The notes below the pieces were generated by a model. That model saw only the letters and a program-made list of their open reading frames with translations, was not told the origin of the DNA and ran no database searches. A stretch of 64,000 bases of DNA from Stylophora pistillata (Eukaryota). A program made the translations under genes and the position numbers. Within the stretch, counting starts at the first letter, position 1. Each line of letters opens with the position of its first letter. Below are positions 25,074-37,019 of this stretch, piece after piece. The stretch is from the NCBI RefSeq assembly GCF_002571385.2, contig NW_019217963.1:479164-543163 (forward strand), read 5' to 3'.

Positions 25074-26290
25074 AAAGTTGAAGGAGTCATTTCCTATAAA
25101 CCTGTCCAGTGTCGTGCTTCCCTTGAGCTCTCCCATCAATTAACCCCTTTCTCAACAGTTTACTTCACAGCCTAACGAGAAGGACACAATGCACATAGAT
25201 ATATACCTTTGCCGAAAACTTTGTTATTCTCTAAAATTTACCTGCACTGGAATAGATGGCGCCGTTTTTCGTCTCTCCGGTGTTGATTATTGAGATATCC
25301 CCGGTTCCTCCTTAGCCTGCAATCAAAATAAAAATAAGAGTTGTTTAGTGGTGGGTTTTTACCAAAGACTAGGATTCTCCCGTCAATACTCTAAATCTTT
25401 GCTCCTATATCTCACTCCTAATTGTTGGAACCGGTTTTCCTTCTTTTAGCAGGGTTATTGGAGTGGTTTGAAAATGCCTCATATTTCACTGTTTGATATC
25501 TTGCTATGGGATTTTCCGCTTCCTATAACGAAGCCGCCAGGATCCTAAAAGTAGGCTTGAAATAGATTTTTTGACCGTAAACACGCTAAAAAAAAGTTGG
25601 CATGGTATGAAGGAAGAATGGCTTTTAACCAAAAGCAAACAAAAAACAACCAAAACAACATCAAGCCTGCGGGTAAATTTACATACGGGAGAGCCGAGAA
25701 AAGCGGAGAATAGCAATGTCCGCGCTGCTTCCAAGTCTTCAACCTGTTTTTCTCTTCCTTTTTAGTCTGCCAGCAGAATTTGAAGCTTTTCATTTTCTTC
25801 CTCTGTAAAGTTTGTGTCCGCTGACTTCAGGTCCGCAACACGAGCGTTCAGATCATTGTGCACGGTTTTTAAGTTGTAATAAGTAAAGTCACAAAACTTT
25901 CTCCTGACGACCTCATCACATGCGCAAGCTTGGCTTGTCATTCTTGTTACTTTAGTGTACACTTCTTCTAATGTTCTGTTCTTTCTTCCAATGAACTCCA
26001 ACTTTCTTTGCATGGTTAAGGTGTCTTCTTTCAACTCAGGCATGTTCAAACTGGATTTTATGTCTGAGAGCTTCTTTTGAAGTTTTTCTATGTTCTCGGA
26101 AATTAGTTCAACTTTGCAAGTAAGATCTTCAACCTCGACTTGTTCCGTTTGCTTGGATGTATATCGTATGAACAGGTCGATAGTATTTATATAGTCTTTG
26201 ATTTCCTGAAAAGAGAGTCAAAATTGTTACAGTCACATCATATATCCATTTAAAATCTTTACTGATATATCATATCGAGATATTGCTTAA

Positions 26291-28478
26291 GAGCGTGTCC
26301 ACGAGAGAACTGGGCAGGGGGCGATAAACCTCAAATCACCGATTTGGATCAAACTTGGCACAAATGCTAAGTATCATGAGTTAATAAATGTGTGAAAATA
26401 AGAGGTCAAAATATTTAATTCCCTGGGGGATATAGGATTCCCCTGGGAAAATCCCATTTCCTGCATTTTTGCATAATTAATTAGCTAACTTTGCATTGCT
26501 GCTGGTCTCCTATTGGTCTCCTCTCGGCACAAGGAAAAAGATAATGGTTGAAAACCTGACACTTATGTAGAAATCACTTACATATTTTATCCAAGGTTTT
26601 CTGCTTTCATTTGATATGTAATCTTTTGCAGCTGTCTACTGCAATATCTGGCTTTAAGTCGAGATGTACCTTAGAAATTGCTCCATCGCAAAAGTGCGGA
26701 TTATTAATGAAAGGTGGGGCGAGGAAGGGGAGGGTGTCAACAATTAATTATCCGAGGTTTACTGCATACATTTGATATGTAATCTCTTACTGTGTATTGT
26801 CATATCTGGCCTCGGAGGCATATGCATAATATATTCTGGCAGCCTATTTGCCCCGGCTACATTGTAACTGATGATATGACTTTTCTTCCGGGTTTTGATG
26901 TTAACATTAGCGGATTGTCGTTTACTATTTTAACCTTTAAGAGCGGCTTATTACACTTCTGCCTGATACTAAATACGAGAGGAGACACTTACTGCTGAGA
27001 GGAGACCTGGGTTAGAGACACCGGCCATTTGTTTTTCGATGAACCAGCAACTATCTCAAGCTTGGCAAATAACAAGTCAAACATTTTGTTATAATTTGGA
27101 TATATCAACAAAGTTGAAATGGTAAATTGGCCACCGTAAAGATTACAAAAGCTGACGCTTCGAGCGTTAGCCCTTTCGCTCCGACGAAGCTAAGGGCTAA
27201 CGCTCGAAACGTCAGCTTTTGTAATCGTTACGGTGGCCAATTTACCATTTTAACTTTGTTGATATCTAAATTATTTCGTTACCCCCACCGACGCAGCCCC
27301 AAACAGTTTCTTTAGAAACTATCAGCCTTTAAACATTTGTGTAGCTCGGCATAAATCATGCATTTTAAACTTTGTAGACTACAAACACAAAATGCCGAAT
27401 GAATGTCAAAGTTGACCGCTGAACACAATTGCCGGTGCGATCTGATCAAAGATGGTGGATTGTCCTTTTGATTCACATCAGCTTTTAGGGCATCAAATTA
27501 TCTTTTTGCCACCAACACATATCATTTAAGTCGATAAGTATCACACCGTAAAAGACCAATCATTTTAATCGATCTTTCCGAGAGCTCTCACCGCGCTTAA
27601 TATTTCAACAAGGCAACGAAGCAAATCGAACCTGGTGACATTGTTGACATAATGGCTACTTATCTAACAAACGATATCAAGCCAAAAGTTGCAACTGAGG
27701 CACTACAGAGACATGTATGTACTATCGAGTTTCTTCCTAGATTTCTTTTGTCAGAAAGTTCGACTACATGTGCCCTTGATGTTCATCATGAACTGCAGCG
27801 TTTCCTCGAGAATAATCCAAATATTCTCAAAAGAGCTCAACTCGCGCTATTCAAAGATTCTCTCCGCGTTCATGTTTAAACGGTACTCTCTGGGAAATTT
27901 CTTGCAAATTTCAAGTTACTTCAAGTTGATAAAACAAAGAAGTGGTTCACGGTATTTTGATGATATAGACTAAAAACCGGGAGGTAGAGGTAAATTTCAT
28001 GTCAGCACGGGTTATGAAATCAGTTACCCCACGATTTTATTGTTGATTTTAGAATTCCAGTGATGGCTTTCACTGCCCACATAGCAATAACGGTCGGAAA
28101 GGGTTGGTCATCGGAGATTTTGAGCTTTAAAATACCCGAAGGTATTGGACTTTGTCAAAACCAGAAAAGTCGTCTTTACTTAAGTGAGAGGTAAGGGAAG
28201 AAATGTACTGAAAAAGTTAAAACAATTCAATTTTCTTAAAGTCTGATAGATATAAAACACAACCCATTTGATTGAATTTGCAGACAGTTTTTTGGTTTGT
28301 CACAGCAGCAATGCAAGGTGGACCCTATATCTCCCTGGGAATTAAATATTTTGACCTCTTATTTTCACACATTTGTTAGCTCGTGATACTTAGCATTTGT
28401 GCCAAGTTTGAGCCAAATCTGTGATTTGAGAGTTATCCCCCCTATCCGGTTCTGCCCGGTTTTCTCGTGGACACGCTT
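26291..28478. mobile_element. Non-autonomous TTAA-site (Kolobok-like) transposon with ~150-bp TIRs
   Basis: TTAA at 26287-26290 and 28479-28482. GAGCGTGTCCACGAGA...AAACTTGGCACAAATGCTAAGTATCA...GAGGTCAAAATATTTAATTCCC is inverted at the right end. Confidence 0.85.
27092..27331 (+). mobile_element. PLE-derived inverted hairpin (second copy of 47-293 family)
   Basis: Near-identical to 47-293 in opposite orientation, with ~82-bp arms. The core carries a 5-nt insertion. Confidence 0.75.
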
Positions 28479-29750
28479 TTAAAATATACACTTTACGGGA
28501 AGCAAACTTGTGTAATTCCCCTAAAAGATTGCAGGGCTGGAAGACATTGTTAAGTTTAGCAGCAATGGCATTTTAAATTCTCTTTATCATTACCCACTTC
28601 TTCAAGAAAATCACTTGAGAATAAATTTAAGATAACGTTTAATTCAGATCTAAAATGATTATGGTGTAGTTTTGCCTCCACCTTTCTTACATTCTTTCAT
28701 AAGTTATGCCACGATAAAGGGTTGAAATAGTCAGTTGTCCATTTAGTCAGTTGTCTACTATAAATGTAACTATAAATGTAAATAGTTACCTTCAAAGATG
28801 TAGAAAAATTCTTTTGTTTTGGTTTCCCACACGAAAAACGTCGACCTTCCAGTAGTGTCGTTGCCCAATATGATCTAATTCATGGAAGAAAAAAAGTGCG
28901 CTGTTGATATTGAGAGACCAAAACTGGGCCATCTGGAAACAGTTCAGCAGGTAATGTTCAAATGCTCTCAGTGAATAACGAGCTCACCTAGTTTGCATCG
29001 TCTACCTTAATCGTCCCTCTAACTTCAATAGAAATAGTTCTTCTATCATTGATCGGACATAAAACAAACCATATTCAGCCAAAGTAAGTTTACAAATATC
29101 ACACTCCATAATTGTCCAAGAATACATAACTGGCGGATCTTGCATTTTGTGCATGTTCGAACTTATCAGACGAAAGAGATAAAAAGTCTTGAAGAGAATG
29201 ATCGAAAAACTCTATCTGGTATTCGGACGCAAGTACTATGGTTAATCTAAAAGAGCCCCATTTATGTCAAGTGCATTTCGCTGTACACTTTTCCAAAATA
29301 TCACCAGAGAGGAACGTGCGCTAATTGCATCATTTTTTAGGTCAAGTATTTAAAATACGTGTACTTATAGTTGTTATGTAGACGTAGATGCGAAACAATA
29401 TCACTTAGCCTCGTTTTCAACTCCAAATTCCACGTTAAAATACCTCGCTTCGTTAACCAGTCAGAATGCGAGATTTTATTCAATGATGCGACTATTTGCA
29501 ATAATTTACCTGGCCTCAAATTTCCAGCAGTCCCCTCAGCAATAAATATCAGTAGGGAAAACAGAATTATGCCGGCTATCGTGTCTCAACTAAGCTATGT
29601 TTTTATAATGAAAAGAGATAAATAAATAATTAGATTTTTATGTGCCGCTTTTTATTACTTATAAATACTTTTACAAGGAATTGCCCTTATCCATTCTTGC
29701 AGTAACTGAATCTTTAGAAAATACTGAACAATAAGCAATGTTGTACCCAC

Positions 29751-30050
29751 CCAGTAATGTGTCAGCCACTTTCTTAAGTTCTATATTAATCAAGGCCTCT
29801 GCGAGCTTTCCAACTGTTGCTTCTCGTCCCTTTCGATGAGTCCATCTTGCTAGGACCGCAATGCAACATTCTTTGGGGCACCTCTCCTTTTCAATTTGGA
29901 TTCCTTCAATGGCAGTTTCGTTGAAGCCTAAGACTCGTGCTAGGTCTCTCCGCTTTACTGGCCCAATCAGCTCAGGCAGTCGGTGATTGTGGATAAGATT
30001 TTCAGTCATCATTAGAGTCGGGTCGAGCGTGTTATTGTTTTTGGAGATAT
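29751..30050 (-). CDS. Death domain exon of gene C
   Basis: LPELIGPVKRRDLARVLGFNETAIEGIQIEKERCPKECCIAVLARWTHRKGREATVGKLAEALINIELKKVADTL fits the death-domain pattern (LARxLGF...I..I...L..W...G..ATV..L..AL). 300 nt, phase 1-1. Confidence 0.9.
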
Positions 30051-30600
30051 CTGATAGTATTACAATGAGCTTATGTTAGAGTCTTAAAACATTTGACCGT
30101 TGGCAATTTTTTTCATAGACCGTGAAGAGTATAAAAATACTACTGAAACTGAGTATTGTTAGAACAACGGTTTTAGTTACACACGATACCTTAATTCAAT
30201 GTTTATTTCATCATTTCGGCTTGTAACGCAATACAAGAGGAAGCTTGTAGAAGTAGCAAACGACGGCCCCTGCAGGAGCCTATCTGATATGAAATTTACT
30301 TTTCATTTTCACTTTAGCATTTCCTGCTTTGAGCAGTAATTTTTTTTCACGTGAAGTTTGAGAATTTTGAGAATTAATTCCCCTTACTGCCATTTATTGA
30401 CGCACGACGTCAATTCAAAAACATATTTGGGTTTTATAAGAAATATAACCAAATATAGAAGCTTCAAAGCGTTTTAAATTAAACCCACTAGAACGGCACA
30501 CAACTATCTGATCTGTGTATAGCATTATCACGTTCTCATCACGCTAGAAAACGTGGATACCTTATTCATTAATGGCCCTATGCATTGATGATCAGCACGT

Positions 30601-32177
30601 AATGGCCAACTGACTGGAACAAGGGAGAATGGACCCCAGTTCACAAGAAAGATGATCAACTGCAAAAAGAAAACTATCGTCCTGTGACTGTGCAAATTGT
30701 TATTAATAAAATCTTTGAGCAACTCCTTTCTTCCCAAATCACTGGTAACTATAATAATCGCCTGTGTGACCATTTGACTGCATATAGAAAGAGGAACAGT
30801 TGCGAGACTGCCTTGTTAAACCTGACTGAGAGCTGGAGGCACTCATTGGACAATGGGGAGTGTGTTGGTGTGTTGTCAACAGATATGAGTAAGGCGTTTG
30901 ATTGTCTGTTCCCACCACTCATGCTGGCTAAACTAAGAGTATACAGTTTTGATGATGTAAGCCTCAAACTCATGGCATCATATTTTGAAAATCACCAAGC
31001 AAGAGTGAAGCTAGGGAACACAACAAGCGAATGAAGGAAGGTGGTAAGAGGGTGCCCTCATGGCTCTTCTCTTGGGCTTTTGATGTGAAATCTTTATCAG
31101 AATGATCTGACTTATGTAATGAAGTCGAATATCTCCATTTATACGGATGATAACCAGTTTTTCGAAGCAAGTAAAGATGTCCAGTTAATCCAAACAAGAT
31201 TACAGGAGAGTGCAGTTGCAGCAACAAGTTGGTATAAAGAGAACTGTTTACAAGGAAACTTTACTAAATATGGTAGCATGCTCATTAGCAAGCAAAAAGA
31301 TGCCAAGATCAATATTGACATAGACAGTAATAGAGTGTCCCACTATCAGAACATTAAATTATTAGGTGTAGGCATTGATTCTCAATTGACTTTTAATGTC
31401 CATATAAATGAGATTTGCAAAAAAGCTAGTCAGAGAGTAGGGGTAATGACAAGGTTGCATAACTTGATACCAACCACTGCTGAGCTGCAGCTGTATAAGG
31501 CTGCAGTCTTGCCCTATTTGACTTACTGCAGTACTGTAAAGCACTTTTGTAGGATGCAAGAAAAGTGGAGCATATCCAGGAGAGGGGTCTTAGGGCAGTT
31601 TTCCGTGACTGGAATGCTAACTATAGGCAGTTGTTAGAATGGGCTAAATTGCCCACCCTAGTGAATCGTAGATTGCAAGATATAGCGACCATCATGTATA
31701 AAGTAAAATTTAAGCTAGCACCAAGCTATATACAAGATTTATTTTCAGCAAATCACACAGTGTATAACTTAAGAGTTAAATAATATACTATTCCAAGATT
31801 TAACTCTATTAATTGTGGCAGGCATTCCCTTAGGTATTTAGGACCTGTGCTATAGGCTAAGCTACCTTCCAGTATTAGGACGTTGAATTCACTAGCGGGT
31901 TTTAAGAGGGCAGTTAGAGGAATAGATTTGGAAAAATTAATGGACGATGGTGGCTGTGTGGGCTGCTTGGTTTTGCAGTGCATGATTCTTAGTTTATATC
32001 TGAGTTAGGCTCAGACTCTTCCTCCCCCCCACGTCTTAAGGTCCCCTAGCCTAATTCTGCTGACTACAAATTTTATGCTATTTATAGTTATTTATTATTT
32101 TATTTAAATTATCTTGTTGTGTCCTTACTTAGTGGTTTTATTACTGCAATTTTATAATTGACACATGAATGCAAGTT
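30601..32177 (+). mobile_element. 5'-truncated CR1/L2-group LINE (RT pseudogene)
   Basis: ENYRPV, TAYRKRNSCETAL, STDMSKAFD, IYTDDNQ, KLLGVGIDSQLTF, with stops and frameshifts. Absent from the duplicate at ~20690. Degenerate TSD CAGCACGT (30593-30600) / CATCATGT (32178-32185). Confidence 0.9.
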
Positions 32178-34723
32178 CATCATGTGAAAATCAATAGGTT
32201 TCCGCCACATAGGAACTTTTCTGTTCATATGTGGCACGACGAGTCAAATCGAAACAAACCGAGGAAAATTATGATTCAAATGACCATGCTTCACAAGTCT
32301 AACCAACAATAACTATAGACTCGAGGATGAGATAATTTCAAATTCATTGTCGTCAGGGACGGAAATTTCACTATTTTAGAAACGGCTCTGGCTTTCTTTC
32401 AGCGACCCAACGGCAACCCCGGAAACGTTTACTTCAGAAGCCGCCATGTTTTCTTACGGTAAAGTAAGTTAAGAGGCTTCAAAGACGAATTACCAATCAA
32501 ACTACCATGATTCAAATCACGGTTTTTAAATCATCTTTAAGTTAGAGAGGGTTGGATGTGTTTAATGTCTTGATCTTCATGTCATCGCGGCTAGGAAAAT
32601 TAAAATTGTCTTGTTTAAGACAGACAAATATATAGAATTTGTTATCATAATATCTCGTGACAAGGTCGTCTGCGGTATCTTTTCTGAAGTTGAAAATTAT
32701 GAATTCACTGTGACTTCATGTGACAACATGGCTAAAAAGGTATCCTAACGTTCCTAAGTACTTAAAGAAAGAAAATACAACAAATACAACACACTGCAAT
32801 CAACAGGATTTTAGATACCTTGCATATTGTGTTTACAGAAGCGAATTAGTTTCAAGATCAAAACTATCTCTTCTGATTTCAAAATATAGAAAATAGAGCA
32901 GAGGAAGAGGAATTCCCACCGGTGTTAGGGGATACGTAGCAATGTTTTACGAAGCAAAACAGAGCATAGAGACACAAACATAGTAAAAATCTCGTTTCCA
33001 TACGGTAGTCCTTTCTAGGAAATTTATTTACCCGGAAATAACAGTTTCTTCATAACATGGAACTCGCAAACACGAAATGGCTTAAGGTAAAGCTACTGAA
33101 CCATTTCTGAAGACTGAATTTTGTGTATAACATCGATTGACTCCTCTTGTGCTCAGGATAATGCAGTGTCCTTATACGTTCAGGTCGTGGCAACGTCGAA
33201 CAGATAAATATTTGGCGACAAGATTCTTTATTGTATCGAAGGCTTAGATGAAAGTTTTGAGGTAGGCCTCGTGACTGTGGTTCACAGCTTCAATAAACAT
33301 CTGTTGAACTTTGTGCAAAGAATACAAAAACAGCTATTAATATTTATAACATCCAACCTAAAAGAAAGCTAACCTTTTCTTCGAGTACATTTCATTGAGC
33401 TTGTTTAAAGCTGTTGTCGCTCGTCAGTGAAGTCAAATGGCTGATTTCTGACTACAAACCTCAATTGCCGATTCTGCAAAAGACTCCTAATAGGGAACAT
33501 AGCCGCTATATTTCCTCCCTTAGGAAGTAGGGAAGGCTTAATATTCCAAATGGTATGTTGCGCCCCTAACTCAATTTAATTGTTTCGTTTTCAGTTTTCT
33601 AATACCCAACTTCGCTAGTAATGCCTCAAACTGAATGCTGGAATTGGCCGAACCAGTACCAGGTCGCTCAAGAGGCGTGTTGCTTCTCGGTGCCTCGATA
33701 TTTGTAGTTATTGTCTGAGATGCAGAGCCAAAAAAGCTTCGAAAATCCTCTTAAAGGCGTGTGTTTACCAACTTTTTTCATGATGGGCTGATGAGATCTT
33801 TGATCTGTAGGGGAATATGAAAATGACCGTGGGCATCCCGAAAGGTACAAAACTTTAACGAGAACCTTTTGTTTCCAATTTATGTGTTCGTGCGGAAGTC
33901 CGTAATAAGTTGTTACCTCTTCCGTTCAAATCCGATCGAGGTAGACCTTTTGGAGCTGAAATGGAAACTATGAACGTATAATTAAAGTTTAGGCCTCAAA
34001 AGCGACGGAATTAGCTCTGGAGTAAGGGAAATGTAATTCTCAAAAGGGCCAGGATTCCAACGGCCGGAAAATGAAAACAGAACTTGCTGACTTCAAGGGA
34101 GGCTTTGCGACATTTTTGCTCTTATTTGGACTGGTAAATTCTACTTTAAGTGTTGATATGTTCTTAAGGTATTTTTCAATCCCGAAAAATCTGTATGTTA
34201 CAATCATAAATGTTTATTTCTGGGGAAAACTACAGAAGTAAGGCTATCAGTTGTTTTCCATTGAAAATCGAGCAAAGAAAAGAAAAACATGCAGGATGGA
34301 ATCTATAACTGCAATGGGTGAACAAAACGTTTTACCGCGAAATGTAAATTAAAGATTTTCTTCAATTGGCGTACCTTACAGAATATCTTCGGCTATTGTA
34401 GCATGTTCTCCTGGGCCCATCATAGAGCGAAATAAGATCGTTAACATATACTTTTTTAAACATCTGTGAAGCTTTTCGAGACTATAAAATAAAAAGGATT
34501 GAAGCTGCGTAAGACAGAATGGAACTGAAAGTGTAACAACTCATTACGGACTTCTGCACGAATCCACGAATTGAAAATAAGGTTTTCGATACAGTTTTGT
34601 ACCTTTCGAGATGTCTACGGTCATTTCCCCGTTTCCACACAGATTAAATGATCGCGTCGGCCCATCATGGAAAGTAAAAAGGTTTGCAGATCGACAAATC
34701 TAAAAGAAGCGGCCGTGATATCA

Positions 34724-34835
34724 TTAACCATGATACAGAGCAAGATTGGTCCCTGGACAATTATAGTTAGTTGATAATCCATTTACAACAACTCTTCGCT
34801 TTCTGTTAGTGAGAAGGCTTATTAAATACATTCTG
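34724..34835 (-). mobile_element. Small LINE RT fragment
   Basis: LLTNRKRRVVVNG resembles the RT motif FLxxRxQRVVVNG. Confidence 0.4.
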
Positions 34836-37019
34836 GGATGCACTTGTTTTGGTACACCCCCGGACAATCCAAAGTATTTTATAGGTTGTGAATGAGGCCC
34901 TGTGTGTCGATTTCCTTTCATTAGTGTCAAGTTTCTCCTCTAAACAAAACCACGTCGAGTTGAAAAAAAAATACGTTTTTATACTCTTAGTTTTTCTCTT
35001 TCTCAGTTTTTAAAAAAAAAAAAACTGTGTTATTTGGGACTACGAGAGCCGAGGGGACGGTTCATGTATTATTTATTGATAAATACACAGACAGATCGAA
35101 GGCGAAATTAAGTATTTACAGTTATATGATAAAACTAATAAAGTTTTAATTCTAATGGTATATGTAATTATACCAAGGATAATGATATAGAAATACTAGT
35201 CTTCTGAGTAAACTGGTGGTAAAAACGTAGACTATAAAGATAAATATTCTTTTAAACACGAGCTCATTAAAAATGTGTTTCTGAAACGATCTGTTTTCCA
35301 TTTTAGGACGATAATTAGACCCTGATTAACGCAAGGTTTATCCATTATTATACATTATTTATACTTTATTAAGATCCAACTGCTAACATTGTACTCGCAT
35401 AAAAAGAAGCAGAAAATACAAACATTTGATGACAAAAAAAAAATTAAGTTGTAGCGCAGGAGATAAACGCCTTGCACTATAGAAGAACCTTGCAAAAATC
35501 GTTTTCTACAGCAGCAAACACCAAAGAGATTAAAATCAGCCAAAGAACGGTGAAAATTGCTAAAATGCCACTTAATTGTGAAAAACACTTCGCTGATCTC
35601 AAGGGATGCTTCGAAAATTGGTATGTTCAGACATAAAAGAGAGGAAGAATTAAATTGAACTAGGGGCTACGAGGTTATGGCATCTTTTGACATATCTACC
35701 TTTGCAAAATGCAAAGAATAATTCATAAACTAGCACATTTTCGTAGTCAGCAACTTAACGATTCTCTAGATTGGCAATGATCTTGGAAATAAATGTAAAA
35801 AATATATAGAAAAAAAAATTATAAGAATAAAAACCATGCACGTAAACAAAGCCAACTAGCCGGTAATTTCAGCTGGCACAATGTTTCTCAGCCGTTGACA
35901 ATCCTCCTCTAGTCGGATGCTTCGGCTTTCCTTGCCAAGAGACGAATAACTACCTTTGTGTTTAGGCCTAGCTGCTTCAGAGAAGCCTGGTTTAGCTTTA
36001 GATTATTTTGTACTTGTGACGCGAGTTCTCTGGCGTTACTTTTCCCCATCAAACGCAATTTCAGAATGCCTCCAAGAAGAGAAACCTCGATACATTCTAA
36101 TAAATGAAAATGGATACATGTGAGCAGGTGCCAAGTACCAAAGCATTAAAATGCTTTATATTTTATGAACTAAGTAAAAGTTACAAGCATTTTCAAAACT
36201 AATGGGGTAACATATAGAGTAAAGAAGTGGTTAGGCTGCTTGCGTAGAAATTATCCAGGAATGCTGTTTAGAAACCTCATGCTGCTTAGGTATGACATTT
36301 TTTATCTGGGCGCGACAACTGCTTCTCTCTAACAAAACTGTAGCGTTGCACAAGTAGAAAAACAAAAAAACAAACCAACAAGCATTGACCTTCATCCCCA
36401 TTTATTTCCTTGGCTTCATTTTTTTTTTTTTAATTCAATTATATTTTTTTGTTAAGCCAAGCTGCAATAACTGCAGACCACCCACAATGGCCAACCAACC
36501 CATGATATGAGCAACTTCTTAATCTAATCTGTTATTTTATCATCGATGCAACTACTCTGTCTTAAACCCCGTAAGTACTCGTCATACATACATCAAAGTG
36601 TACAAGTATGTGTATGAAATAATTCGTATCCAAGTTAATTCCACTGAGAAAATTGTAGCGCGAAAGGGGATTTGAAAAAACTCTCATACCTTTCACATAG
36701 CCGAGTGAGTTCCGATATTTCTGCCATCAGTCAACTGGAGAATCTTAATTGAGAAAGAAGAGAAATTTATTCAGGATAATTACAATTTGCGTTCGAGGAA
36801 TATGTTTGTGAATTTGAGGAGTCACTTAAAGCATGATAATCATTTTTTTATGTTGTCCTTAACGTTTTGGCAAACATTATATCACAGCATCCAAAAACTT
36901 TGGCGCCTGCATAACAGGATCGATAAATGGCTAATTAAGTACACTCACCCGAATTCCTGGGGCAGTCTAGGTGGCACATTCCTCGACTGGATCTTTGCAG
37001 GTCTTTGCAGTAGCATTTT

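Larger units (their letters stand above)
25160..30050 (-). pseudogene. Gene C: death-domain + helical/coiled-coil protein pseudogene
   Basis: Exons 29751-30050 (death domain), 28988-29058 (acceptor AG>AT; ends TAG vs CAG in D), 28790-28874 (85 vs 84 nt, frameshift), ~25690-26205 (TAA at 25762), 25242-25316 (TAA vs TAT), terminal AVK* 25160-25171. Homologous to gene D. Confidence 0.85.

Noticed and set aside
29751-30050. Naming the death-domain gene FADD, MyD88 or RIPK
   Set aside because: No DED, TIR or kinase exons are present.
35910-36098. Terminal coding exon of gene B (CIEVSLLGG...ASD*)
   Set aside because: An open frame exists, but neither candidate upstream donor joins it in frame without a stop. 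Left unresolved.
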